DNA from: Chrysomallon squamiferum
Taxonomy: Eukaryota; Animalia; Mollusca
Length of the DNA stretch: 64,000 nt
Direction of reading: 5' to 3'
Assembly (NCBI GenBank): GCA_012295275.1
Contig: CM022671.1
Location: forward strand, 36,208,001-36,272,000
In this document: positions 1 to 20,739 of the stretch, piece by piece
Layout of the letters: every line of letters begins with the position of its first letter
Position numbering within the stretch: the first letter of the stretch is position 1
Position numbers and translations under genes: made by a program
The notes under the pieces: model-generated
Database searches by the model: none
Told to the model about the DNA's origin: nothing
The model's input: the letters and a program-made list of their open reading frames with translations, nothing else

Positions 1-340
1 GGGAAGAAGATTCCCCAAAGTAAGAAGATTCCCCCAAAATCACATGCTAGGGCCTCTTACTAGCCAGTCGTGGGAGTTGGATGGATGGGTTTACTGGTTT
101 TAAAGGGAAATAACTCGATGGGCGTATTGTGCTAAACTGCACCACCAAAGTGAGAATGAAATGCAGTTTTATACCTATGAGTATTACAGATTTAAAAATT
201 TTGAATTTGTTACATATATATATATATATATATTTATATTTGTCATTATCTTAAGAGATAAATGTATTTAATACCAAGCCTAAGCTTTAATATTAGATGT
301 TTGTGAATTAAACCCAACTTTTCTGGTTTGTTTTACGTAC

Positions 341-792
341 CAAACGAAAAATATGGCAATGAAAGCTTTTTTTTTTTTGTGATGAAGTCTGTAGTGCATA
401 CTCCACGACACAGACCAAAAACGATCCACTGAGATAACGAGAAGAGTGAACACAGAGGCGAAAGTCATGCCGTAGTCGAAGAAGATCCAGACGCCGCACA
501 TGAACTGTCCAAACGGCCAGTAGCCAAGTACCGTGTTTATCGTGTTAAAACTCATAGCAGTGACGGCCACGGCAACGTCCGTGACAGCGAGGTTGACGAT
601 GTAGTAGTTAAAAACTGTGTGCAGGCGTTTTTCTCTGGTCACTGCAATTAGCACCATAATGTTGCCTACAAGCGTTACCAATACAACGAAATAAAGTCCT
701 ACTCCAGCAAGAATGTTTGTCCAGTGTATTGAACTTATATCTATTGTTACAGTTTGGTTATATAGAATTAACTCAGAGCGTATTGGAACCAT
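341..792 (-). CDS. Aminergic class A GPCR (muscarinic/histamine-receptor-like), first coding exon, TM1-TM4; rest of gene lies left of the window
   Basis: ORF 280-804 shows GN in TM1 (LVGNIMV), NLAVTD in TM2, WPFG..MC in ECL1, the amine-binding D3.32 as DY (WIFFDYG), DRF at the end of TM3 and W4.50. Donor TG|GTACGT at 341/340. In-frame ATG at 792; a more plausible ATG at 866 is out of frame (see findings). Confidence 0.88.
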
Positions 793-994
793 GGTTGCTA
801 GCAATTATCTAGATTAACACCGTTTGAATCATTATAAACACTGGATCTAGAACCCGATATATTCATGAGACAGCTTCATGGGACAAAACTGCAGTCGTCT
901 TTTCTTCTGATAATCATGTCATTAAATGACATTGTGGTATAAACACTGTATTGTGTCGAGTTGCCAAAACTGTGTCAAACTCGAAGAACCTAAA

Positions 995-1092
995 TGACGT
1001 TACAATGATCTGGAAATATATTACGTCACAGTCACGTGAGACTGAAAATAAAAATTGACGTAAATGTATACACGCCGGAGTTATTTATGTAA
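995..1092. promoter_or_regulatory. Cluster of CRE/ATF-, PAR-bZIP- and E-box-like motifs
   Basis: TGACGTTA 995-1002, TTACGTCA 1021-1028, GTCACGTGA 1031-1039, TGACGTAA 1056-1063, TTATGTAA 1085-1092 within 100 bp of otherwise CpG-poor DNA. Confidence 0.4.
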
Positions 1093-1754
1093 CTTACGCG
1101 TTATAAGACATGCATTAAAATAATGATTTAACATAAATTCATTAAATATTCTGAGCGCATATTTGTTAAAATTATATAGTCTGTTAGATAACCTGTATTT
1201 CTTTTTTTTTTTTTTTCTTAATAATAATACCAGGTAATTGTATATACGGGGTAATATATAATAAAGATTAAAATGACTGCGAACATGAACCAGAATGAAA
1301 ACTGCTCATAAAAACAATTAGCGAAATGGCGACTGAAGCAGTTTGTGGTTCGTTATATCTTACCCAAACGTCGCCAAATTTTGATGGTTTTCTGGTTCAT
1401 TTAAAGGCTTTCTGTGAGCTTAATTCCACCGTTTTCATTATTATTGATTAAAGAACTGTTTACACCGAAACAGAACAAATCCAAAAGTCAGCGCAAAGTC
1501 CATCTCGAGTACAAACGGCTGCAGTGAAAAATGACTAAAAGACGTAACCTCCCTGTATATAAAGTTTAGTGAAAGTTGGTAGCTGTTTACAAGAAAATAT
1601 CATTACCGAACTAACTAGTACCTTAAGAGATTTCGAAAAAAAAAAACAGAGATGAGTAAACCCAGTACACTCATTATGCATGCGGCATAAAGTTTGAGAA
1701 CAGGACTACATTCTGTCCATGTAAAAGGCGAAAACTGGAAGAAAAAAATAATTA

Positions 1755-1770
1755 CAACAACAACAACGAC

Positions 1771-1812
<42 letters not shown>

Positions 1813-1959
1813 TTAATTAATTAATTAATTAATTAATTAATTAATTAATTAATACATAAATAAATAAATAATCAGACCTTAAATAGAATAATTCATTTTA
1901 ATAAAAACACAAATACATGCTTTCACATACAAACATTTTCATACTTAAATACATACATG

Positions 1960-2002
<43 letters not shown>
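1755..2002. repeat. Microsatellite cluster (AAC)n/(AAT)n/(TTAA)n and (GT)n
   Basis: Simple repeats seen directly at about 1755-1870 and 1963-2002. Confidence 0.9.
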
Positions 2003-2006
<4 letters not shown>

Positions 2007-2057
2007 CAACAATTCCGTCAATTTCGCTGTAATTAACGATGTTATCCGAATGAGAAA

Positions 2058-2220
2058 GGGACTTTCCATTGAAAAGATGCTTGGTTTCTAATTGGTCAAT
2101 CAAAGTATCTGAGTCGCTCCGAATCGGAAATTAACACTGTAGCGAAATGTGCCGAAAATGTCCGATTTATTTTTGTCGCCACTCCTTTGCATATCCGTCT
2201 GTGCGTCATAATCCGGAAAC
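2058..2220 (+). promoter_or_regulatory. Putative p38 proximal promoter with kappaB site, inverted CCAAT box and ETS-like site
   Basis: GGGACTTTCC 2058-2067, ATTGG 2092-2096, CCGGAAA 2213-2219, local CpG enrichment 180-350 bp upstream of the ATG at 2400. Confidence 0.5.
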
Positions 2221-2399
2221 CAGACGAGACTGGGAAGGAGAATGTTAAAAAGTTTCATAGTTTATCTACAGCGTCAAGGAAAGATATTTGTGCAAAATAA
2301 TTATTGCTGCAGAACGTGTAACAATCAGAAACAAGACAGTATATTTCAAGAACATATTAATACGCTTTTCAGTGATTTTTATGGCATAAAGTGTTAAGA

Positions 2400-9396
<6,997 letters not shown>

Positions 9397-10328
9397 AGTA
9401 GCTGTGTGCGAGAGTTATAATCTTCTATCTGAGACGAGTATAAAAGTCATATCAGACTGAGTGTGAGTGTTATTAAACCACAGTGTGAGAAAAACATATC
9501 TTCATCTAGTAGAACATGAACCTGTACACTGACTGTTTTCTTCACAAATAACACTGTTTTTATTTATTCTCAACATCACTCTTTGCTGCTAATAAAGTTT
9601 GATAATTTTTCTATACTTCTGATTTATTATCTTACAAGAAAGTTAAATTATTTTCAACAAAGCATTGGTAATTTTTCCGAAATTTTATATATATATAAAG
9701 ATATATTTTTTCTTCATATATCAGATGTAATCTCTCAAGAAAACAAGAACTGACAGAGATTTGTTACGTTAACTTCATTAGCAAGAAAGATTGGTAACCA
9801 TTATGAATAAAGTAGTGTGTTAATTGGATTTTTTTGTGAAAAAAAAAAATATATATATATATATTATTTTTTATGTATACGTGATATATTAATCCTGTTT
9901 CTTTAACAGAAAAAATCAATTTGAAGTGAGCACATTTTGACAAACCACAGGAACATTTATTTAAAAAAAAAAAATTTCACATTGCAAGATATATATATAT
10001 AATTTTTTTTTTTTTTCTTTTTTTTTTTAATAAGCCATTTTTTTTCTTCTGTATAACCAAGATAAACATAAATGTAAAGATTTTCCCTTAAAAATGAGAA
10101 CAAGTATGCCAACTGGTGATTTTAATCTTCATATATTCTGTGCATAACAATGAAGCCTTCAGGTAAATTTTCTATATTTGTAAATAGCAGTAAATGAGTA
10201 AATAATGTTAAAAAAGTCATTTAGTTAAGTGAATATTTTCACATTATTTATTTTGTCATTTTCTGGCTCGTCTGAGATTAACTCAGAGATGTTTGTACAT
10301 GTCATCTTACATACAATACAGTGTTAAC

Positions 10329-10366
<38 letters not shown>

Positions 10367-10426
10367 ATATACATAAACATACATACTTATGTGTGTGTAT
10401 AATATATATATAAACATACATACTTA

Positions 10427-10458
<32 letters not shown>

Positions 10459-12684
10459 CACAATCATATCATATATAACTGTTATTGTATACTTTAACTT
10501 AAACTTTCATGTTCATTCAGTTTAAAATATTTCAGTTCAGGTCTGTTGAAGTGATCTGTTCTCATTGATTCAGTGTTTCAGACTTAACTGACATTATAAA
10601 TGTAACAACAGCATATTTAGCTTAATATTATTTCTAAATGGATGGGGTTTTGGGGATGGGTTTTAAACTTTTTTTTTTTTATAACTGAAAAACTTATTGC
10701 TAATAGTTTAATTGTTAAGGGGGAGAAAAAGATATACGTTTGAATATTTTATATATGGGACTTTAAAAAACTCCACGATAACACTTAAAAAATAAAAAAT
10801 GATAATAAAAATAAATTAAAATGATTATCCATGGTCTGAAATTATTAATGTTAAGATTGATCAATAAATATATGAGTTTGACACAGACTTGACTGAGTTT
10901 TTCATTCTACCTCAAAAAAGAAATCAGTAGATTTATCATGATTAAAATATGTTCAGACATGAAACTAATTGCATTGTGGAAATAAGCTTTGGTGTTACCT
11001 TCAACCAACAGTAATATACACCACGGTAGACTTCAGTTTGCACATTATTAATTCAAATGTTTTTATATCAAATTTTATTACATATCTTTTCTTTTTAATT
11101 TATTACACAAAACACATTTTTAGATGTCTTTTTAAGGAAAATATCTGGTAGATATATTTCACATTCAGTAATTGTTGATTTTTAGAATTGTCTCTGTTAA
11201 CAAAATATTTTGAAATCCTGTAATTAATTTTTTTTTTACTGTGTATAATGTTGTAATTTTGATACATGCTTGTTTTATGGGTTTTGAACCCATGTTTTTC
11301 CACTCTGTAGTAACATTAACTTCAGTTTTTTACATGTTGAACACACACAGGAAATTTTCTGTTTTCTACATTCTCTTTTCACTGTTAATTTTATCAACCA
11401 CAATAACAATGATATATAAAAAAACATCCAAATAGACCAATTATTTTTGTACAAAAAAGTGAGATTTAAACACTGTAAATAGGTAACACATAAACATTGT
11501 GTAAACAGGCAGTGTGTAGACCCTGTGTAAACAGGTAACATATTTTCTAGTTGTTTTGTGATAACTACAATCAGAACTCTGTGATACCTGATTTCATTTT
11601 CTGTTAATAAGCTTTAGTAATCAAAGATAAATGTTCTTTGTTTTATCACTGGACTGTTCAGTGCTTGCTTACACACCATACAGACATACAGACACACACA
11701 CACACACACATAGACACGCTGTTATGTTTTATGTACGTTTAAGTTTGCATAATGATTTTACGCCACTTTTGTTTTTAAACAGGTTTATTTTAAAATATTT
11801 AACTGTGTAATCAGAGTAATGTATTGCTAATGACTATTAGTAATCAATGTTTATTCATTAATGGATTATTTTATACTACCACTGTCAACATTCTCTCATG
11901 ATTGCTAGAAAAACACACCAAAAATTGATTTTAGACTAATGACATGACAGATTTTATTCAGCAAGACATTCTGATGACAGAATGTTGTTCTGATTTAGTG
12001 ACCTTTTATTTATTTTTCATCAAACAAATTTCAACCTTTGGAAATAAAGTTTTTAGTGTTTTTTCATCTGTTTGATTTGAAATTAATTTCTTTTTTTATT
12101 TTGCTTTGTTCTTTTTTTTTTTTTTTCAGGCTTTAAATACTTTTCTTCTCATTTTATTACATGCTTTAAATACACACATATTTCATGTTAGTGCAGTGAT
12201 GCCAAAGTAATTTAGAAATTGTATGTACTTTACACTGTGCAATCAATAACTAGTTATTTGTAATGCAATTTGCTCATCTATGCAAATGCACATAGTGTAA
12301 TAATGATGATGAAGTGGAAAATAACTTTAAAATGCACAAATTAGAAAGACTGAATACTGTAACAGTCTGTGAGAGTGATTGTTCCTCTGTTGAAATACGC
12401 TGGATATAGGTTGGATGTAGGAGAAAGGATATTTTGTATATAGAGAGTGTAATACACAGATTACAGCTGTACATATATTATACTGAATAAAATACAGATT
12501 TAAAATAAAATAACCCAGAAATATAGTTTTAGTTGTAAACATTTGCTCAAAGTCACTTTTAAAATATTTATGATTTGTTTTGAGCAAAGAGTTATTTAAG
12601 TTTGAAAACTAAAACATTTTTGAGAATAAGCTTGTATTTTTTTTTTTTTTTTTTTTAAATTTTATAAGTACACTATACAGTTAT

Positions 12685-12723
<39 letters not shown>

Positions 12724-13957
12724 TATATATTTTAACCAAATTAGATGTAAAAAAATTGAGAAAAAAGGTGATGTATGTCCTAATAAAATTATTTGTTACA
12801 ATTTAAGAAACAAATTACAGATTGGAGTATACAGAGTTTTTGTTTTGAATGTAGTAGTATATTTGTATATAGAAAAGGATTAACTACTTTATAATATCAT
12901 GTATATAAGAAAAATGTTTTGATTGCATGTAAGTTTTAAACAAAGAAATAAATCCGAAGTATTTACCGTTCCAAATGGATTTTGTTTTTCATGTTTAGAT
13001 ATTTTTAAGAATATATTTTAGTATTTTTAATTCTGTTCAGTTATGACATTTTTACAAATGTATTCTTGTATTTTTGTTATTTCTGTATGTTGTTCTAGTT
13101 TTAATTTTTATTATTAATGGTGTTTTGTGGGAGGGGGTTAGGGCTAGATAAATATATTTTTGAAAATATATTCTATTATTTTTGTTTAGCATTGTGGTAC
13201 TAGTTTTATTTATCAATGGTGTCTTGTAGCGTGGAGTTGAAGGGTGTAAGATTAATGAAGTCAAAGGTTGATTCTGATATTAAGGCTTATCAGAACATGG
13301 GGCTTCAGTTCAAAGGGAAGGTGGAAAATAAAATATTTCTTGCTACTACTCTTTTACATTATATAAATATTCAACACATCTTTAACACTTAACCTGTTTC
13401 AATTAAATATTTATTCATCAGTGAGTGTAGAATTTAGCTAAAAATAAAGTGTTTTTGAATTACTTTGGTTTCATTCACTGTAAAATCCTTTTAATCAGAA
13501 ATTAACTTCAACCCTTTTTCAGTATTTGCAGTTGTTTGATAAACAAAAAAAACAAAAAATGTTTTGTTAATAAAAGAATGACATGTCCAAAGTGATGCTT
13601 CTTGTGATATGTTTCTTACTTTATTGTTAGTAAAGGCTTGTTTACAAACAATACTCCTTCCACAACAAATTTGTTTTTTTATGATGCAACATTATTTAGA
13701 TTAGATTTTTTTCAGGGGAGGGTGGTTATATATCTGATTTAAACAAGAATTTAAACAAGATTTAAGAATTTAAACAAAACAACAAAAACACTGTTTAACA
13801 ATTTTTTTTTTATTTTTAAATTCAATAAACATGCTGAACAATGAAATTTTAACATCAAAAATCACCTGATTAAATTTTTTTTAAATAATTCATTTTGCTA
13901 AAACACAAGTTTTAAAAAAGAACAATATTTTCTTATTTTTAACATTTTTATTTTTAA

Positions 13958-13993
<36 letters not shown>

Positions 13994-16900
13994 TACTGCT
14001 GCTGCTACTTTAAATATGTATTTGGTATTTTTCTGCCATAAACCAAACTAAAAATTCTTACTGGAACTGAATATTTTCTTTAAAATAAAGTCAGGGCTGT
14101 GGTATGTCCTCTTATTTTGGATACCGCAATCTTAAAGTTACATGGATTTCTTGATTACAAATACACCATAAAGCCATTGTAATGTAAATAATAATGACAA
14201 AATAAAATAAATATTTTGATTCTCAATTTTAAATTCTGGTCAAGTAACATTTAATGTCCATATACATGTGTGTGTATATATATACATATATACATATATA
14301 TACCAAGAAATTAGTATGAACTGTTTCAAAATAAAGCAGATATTTTTAATATCTTTGTAAGAGCACATTCTCGGATCACAGATTTATATCATTTATAATA
14401 AAACATTTAAAATTTGTTATCCATCATTACCTTTATTTTTGTTATCATGATGATCATCATATTTTTATTTTTATGATACATCAGTCAGCTGTTTCTTACA
14501 TTAATCAAATTTAAATATGTCAAATTAAATTATTTAGACAGACTGATAAAATGACAAATTTCCCAAGACCAGTTCAATTAGTCTAACTAAAAACATCAAT
14601 AAGAAACATTAACAAGAACTAAACTATTTTTTTTAAATAGTTTTCAAACAGATTTCAATATCATAACAATATATGAATGCATGTCAAGACAAATTCCTGT
14701 TAGTAAAGAAGTTTTAAAGAGAAAAGTTAACTATTAAAACAACCAGAAACCTTAAAAACTGCCATTTTCAAACTAATAACAAAATATTTACAAGCCAAGC
14801 ACTGCTGAATCAGCAGAAATGTGAGATGTTACACTTTGGTTAATGAAAAATACATGAACAAGCTCTGATGCATGGAAAAATATTTTTCTGTAGAAGTATA
14901 GAGACAAACAAACTAAAAACTTTTTTTTTGTTTTTTTTGTTAATCATCACTGAAAAACAGTCTTCTGTCTAATCTATTAAAAGTAATGATGTACATTTGT
15001 ATGTATGATAACCACAGTCAACTGAAATCTCTGTTCAGTTGTTCATTTTCTGAAAACTATTTACCTATTGATATAACAATGTTGTTTTGTTCCTATCTAA
15101 CATATACACTGAAACAAAACAAGTGATAATAATGATAATATCATTTCCCTGGACTAAAAACTTAATTCATTAGTGACTAGGCAATAAATAAAGAAATTTA
15201 GAAGAATTAAATTAGCAAAATAGTTTCTGTTATAGTGTCTGTGCAGTAATACTGCTATAAGCAAATTTTATTTAAAAACAAAATATAAATTTATTAAGGT
15301 TCCACATTAAACAACCAAAACAAACCCAAATGAAAACATCTGTTGGTCATTTTATCATTTCAGAAAAAAACATTTCTCAAATTGTCTTTTAATGTCTGGT
15401 TTTGGATCTCCAAAACTGAACTATAATCTATCATTTCAGACAAATTTATTTTTGCTGTCTATTATTACACAGAAAAAACATGAAGAAATGAAATATTATT
15501 TCAGTAATTGATGAATTCAGAAAGACTGCAATGTAAATTGATTCATTAAAGTGGATTTTTCAAAGATTTTTCTAACTTAACTCCACATTATCAAAAGATA
15601 AAAGATAACTTGAGTTCAACCAGTGTCATGGATCAATAACATAAAAATAACTGTTTAGAACAGGACAAAACATAATTACTAATGTAACAGGTTTGCAAGT
15701 TCAAAGGAGCTGAATTATGACAAAAGATATCAAAATATTCAGATGAATGTTACAGTAAAGAGAAACATTTCCTGTAAATATATTTCTTTGTTTCTTCTTG
15801 TTCAACTGGGGTTTTGTGTTTGTTATTTTGTAGTTGTTTTTTTCTTGTAAAAGAGATATAGGTAAGTAAGAAAGATATGAACACAGATTTGGTATAAAAT
15901 TAAATAAATAATAAAATAATCAACTATGGAAATCAGAACATATTCTGTCAAATGATAATCAGTCAGGTTTCATTTCTTATTTCAGACAAGTAAATGCAAT
16001 TTTAGATCTGAACTGGGGTGTGTTATATTAACAAAATGATGAAAATTTAAAATAAAAAAAAGAGAAAAATAAATAAATAAATATTTGTTGAAATAAAATA
16101 TCTTGCTGATATCTCCGCCATAGCTAATGATTAAATGAGATGCTTAGTCATTCCTCAGCCCAATTTAAAATCAGAACAAATGTCTTTGCAAGTTGAAGGT
16201 CATCAAATCTTGGCAATTTCATTAAAATATAAAAATAATGGAATGTTTTGAAGCCATGCGTAAGAACAAATCTCTGTTAGTTGTTTTTTTTAAATAAAAG
16301 TTCCATTCGAACCAAAGTGATCTGAAGAGGAAAAGGAAAACAGATTAAAATGGATATTAAGAAATATTAATTACATGTTAAGTTTATTCTGTAACACATT
16401 AGACTAGAAATGAGACTGATGTGTTAAATATTAGATGTTTACATTCAAATTTACCAGACTAACTTGTGTCTTACCAGCACCAATACATATTTTAAATACA
16501 TTATGTGTTCTTCAAAATTAATGTTTTATTATCATTTTTATAGTTTTATGTATGAAAATGTGTGAAAAATAAATTGCTGTAAAGGTTATTTCTCCTTTTG
16601 TTAGGACTAATTTTGTACATAGAGGTGTTACATAACAAAGCTAAATTACTTTTTATTATATTTTGTGTCAAACAAAACAGTAACTTGGAAATAATAAAAT
16701 GTAAATAGTATTACAGAAACTGTTTAAAATGAGTTATTTTAAATCACAAAGTATTACATGTTCATCAAGTTCTAACATGGAAAAGAGTTTCTATAGTACC
16801 TTACATAGATGTTAATTGTTATGTGGTAACCTATCTATATTTTATTTATCTATATCAATGTACCTATGTTGGTAGTTCTGTTGTTTCTATGGTAACTTAC

Positions 16901-19900
16901 CTATGTTGAAGGTTCTGTTGTTTCTATATTAAAATCTCTGAGGATTTTATCAAGGTGCTCAACATTTGGTTTCATCAGTCGCAGGTGATTTTCAATATCA
17001 CTATAAACCTGAAACAACACACAAAACAATATCACTATAAATCTGAAACAACACACAAAACAACTTTCATTATCACTATGAACCTGAAACAACACACAAT
17101 ATCTCTATAAACCTGAAACAACACAACTTTCAATATCACTATAAACCTGAAACAACACACAAAACAATATCACTATAAACCTGAAACAACACAACTTTCA
17201 ATATCACTATAAACCTGAAACAACACACAAAACAACTTTCAATATCACTATAAACCTAAACACAACACAACTTTCAGTATCACTATAAACCTAAACACAA
17301 CACACAACTTTCAGTATCACTATAAACCTAAACAACACAAAACACAACTTTCAGTATCACTATAAACCTAAACAACACAACACACAACTTTCAGTATCAC
17401 TATAAACCTAAACAACACAACACACAACTTTCAGTATCACTATAAACCTAAAACAACACACAACACAACTTTCAGTATCACTATAAACCTAAACAACACA
17501 ACACACAACTTTCACTATCACTATAAACCTAAACAACACACAACACACAACTTTCAGTATCACTATAAACCTAAACAACACAACACACAACTTTCAGTAT
17601 CACTATAAACCTAAACAACACAACACACAACTTTCAGTATCACTATAAACCTAAACAACACAACACACAACTTTCAGTATCACTATAAACCTGAAACAAC
17701 ACACAACACACAACTTTCAGTATCACTATAAACCTAAACAACACACAACACACAACTTTCAGTATCACTATAAACCTAAACAACACAACACACAACTTTC
17801 AGTATCACTATAAACCTGAAACAACACACAACACACAACTTTCAGTATCACTATAAGCCTGAAACAACACACAACACACAACTTTCAGTATCACTATAAA
17901 CCTGAAACAACACACAACTTTCAGTATCACTATAAACCTAAACAACACAACACACAACTTTCAGTATCACTATAAACCTAAACAACACACAACACAACTT
18001 TCAGTATCACTATAAACCTGAAACAACACAACACACAACTTTCAGTATCACTATAAACCTAAACAACACAACACACAACTTTCAGTATCACTATAAACCT
18101 AAACAACACAACACACAACTTTCAGTATCACTATAAACCTAAACAACACAAAACACAACTTTCAGTATCACTATAAACCTAAACAACACACAACACAACT
18201 TTCAGTATCACTATAAACCTAAACAAAACAACACACAACTTTCAGTATCACTATAAACCTGAAACAACACACAACTTTCAGTATCACTATAAGCCTGAAA
18301 CAACACACAACACAACTCTGAATTGATAGTCGTGAATGAATGTGTACCTTTTACATGTATTTTTCCATTTTTTTTATTTTTTATTTTTTAATAAATGGTG
18401 TAATACGATATGAAGAAAATCTTCAGATGCAAATCCATGGGTTTCTCTTACCAGTTAGCAACAAGTGATTCTGTGTACAAACCTTCTCAGTCAGCATAAG
18501 ACAACAAGTTGTGTATATTCTTATAGTAAGACTTAGCATAATTTATTCTGAGCAAGAGGATCCACAAAACTCCATTACAAACACTCGGACACACACACAC
18601 ACTTATCAAGAAGAAAATCAAGGGGTTAGAGCCAGAAGTGCATATAAATATATAAGCACTTAAGACCCTCTGTCAACATTTCACTAAAACTAACTAATTT
18701 CTCAACAACTCAAGGTAACTAAGAATTTTAAATTTAAAATTTTAATTTTATTAAACCACAATATTCTCTATTCTATTCTATTTTTTATTACCCATCCCTG
18801 GAAAAACAACAAAAAACATTGAGAATCTTGTTAACTAATTCTCTAATTAATTGTTTTGACTTACCTCTTCATCTGTGACATCCTTGTTAGTTTTCAGTTT
18901 CTCTATGAATGTTGTTCTGGTAGGACAAGCTTTTGTTAGTTGCTATTAAAAAATAAACAATTGTAAATTAAAATATTATCAGTATGTATGTGCTCTATAT
19001 AGTATACCAAAAAAAATTGTCTTTTAAAGGGAGGGAGAGAGACATCTCTGGAAAAACAGATAAAAGATACAAACAAATGAGGGAAAGAGTGAAAAAAAAA
19101 GATGTTCAATGTTCAGTTTATTAATGTGTGGTTTGTATGTCTAACCAAGTGATAAATAAAGAGTATACTAACTGAAATAATTTGTCTCAACATCCAGTTG
19201 TGATGTTGTTTGAGAATTTTTTCATACGCTTTCAGAAGAAACTGCTGAATGTTCTCAGTTCTTTCATTCTTCCCTTCCTCTACCACCATAGACAGGAACT
19301 CCAGAATAAATGCCAAACCTCTGAAATAATCAGCATGTATTTCAAACCAATTTTGATTGTGCATAAAATAAATTTAAATTCTATGAATTAATCATACTAA
19401 TAATTGTGTGTACAAGTTAAAAAATTAATTTCAATACATTTTACAGTTTTCACAAATATAAATTGTATATTTGAATTTTTATTATTATTATTTATCATTT
19501 TACCTTTTAAGCCAGAGAGCTCCGACTTGGCCATTAGTCGAGCTTTTGGTTTCCAGTTCCTCTTCAATGATGGCGTTGATTGTTGAGAACTGCTCAGGAT
19601 TAGTCTGATATTTAGAATCAATTTTCTAAAACAAGAAAATTGTTCATTTACAATTAAATATTCAAAACAATAGACAAGCAATCTTTGTAATTGGAATTAA
19701 ATTTCTGTGTAATAATAATACTACATTCAAAATAAATGTGAATTAATATGACGAGTAAATTGATTGTGGAACGTGTCTAAACTAGTGAAATTATTTTAAC
19801 CTACTTACATCAATGTTTCCTTGAATGTCATTTTTTATCATCATGAACATTGTTGGCCCAAGGACATCTAATTAAAAATAAAAAATAAACAACAAACATT

Positions 19901-20739
19901 ACATAAATTTTACTCATGATAAAAAAAAAATGTTATTTTGACACTCGGATAACACTTATTCAATGATTTGTAAATTTCAGAAAATTAATTATACTCACAT
20001 GTTACATAATATATTAGTAATAATGGCAATAAAAAAATATATATATGATAATCAGTATGTAAGATGATAATTTAGAATAATAATAGATTATAATTTATGT
20101 TCTGTGACATAAATAATTATAGACCTACAGTTACAACTATGTAGTATGTTATATAATAATTTTATATATATATATACGTAAAATACACGCGTTTCTTGGG
20201 GGGGGGTAGTATGTACAATAAATTTGGATGATGTGATCCATCTAAAACTGTTACGTTTTTCTCTAAGTCAAAACAATTTCTATACTGATATATGTAGAAA
20301 GTTTGATTTTATCATCTTCAGTTGAATAATTACTAATTTGTTCGAACATTCGAAAATGGTCCCATGGCAACCGCACATGGATTTCGCAAATCATGAATTA
20401 AAATAATGAAATAAATTTAAAAAAAAGCTCTTTAACTTTAAATGACTTAAAGTTATGTATCTGACAAATACTGTTCCATTCAAGAAAGTTTTGTTTACTT
20501 CTCTACGATCACAATATAGTGAAATTAAAAAATGTGTCCCTGACGTGTCACGAAATAAGTTGTGAAAACACACACTTTAAGAGATCTTTGATTAACATCT
20601 TACCAAAAAATGGTGGTATTAGTCTTGCAGCATTAAGAAAGGGAACTGTTTCAATAGTGCCATCAGATGTTAACTCTTTATATTGAGGGGCAGGTTCGCC
20701 AAAATATGTACGTTTACCCATTTGATGTTTGGTAGCCAT
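16901..20739 (-). CDS. GLTP: Glycolipid transfer protein (GLTP family), ~216 aa
   Basis: Exons 20739-20604, 19867-19809, 19625-19504, 19320-19173, 18942-18865, 17008-16901. Family motifs IETVPFL, KNDIQGNIDKI, ALWLKRGLAFI, AYEKILKQHHNW, CPTRTTF. Phases consistent; TAG at 16903-16901. Confidence 0.9.
16990..18318 (-). repeat. ~40-bp minisatellite (~33 copies) containing the GLTP last-coding-exon acceptor
   Basis: Plus-strand unit ACTTTCAGTATCACTATAAACCT(G)AAACAACACAACACACA. On the minus strand it reads ttgtttcag|GTTTATAGTGATA, the same as the real acceptor at 17010-17009 plus the exon start. Confidence 0.95.

Noticed and set aside
9400-16300. Short ORFs or a hidden gene between p38 and GLTP
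   Set aside because: Very AT-rich with no recognisable exons; best explained as convergent 3'UTRs and intergenic DNA.
16990-18318. CRISPR-like appearance of regular repeats
   Set aside because: No unique spacers, no cas genes, eukaryotic intron; the unit derives from the adjacent splice junction.
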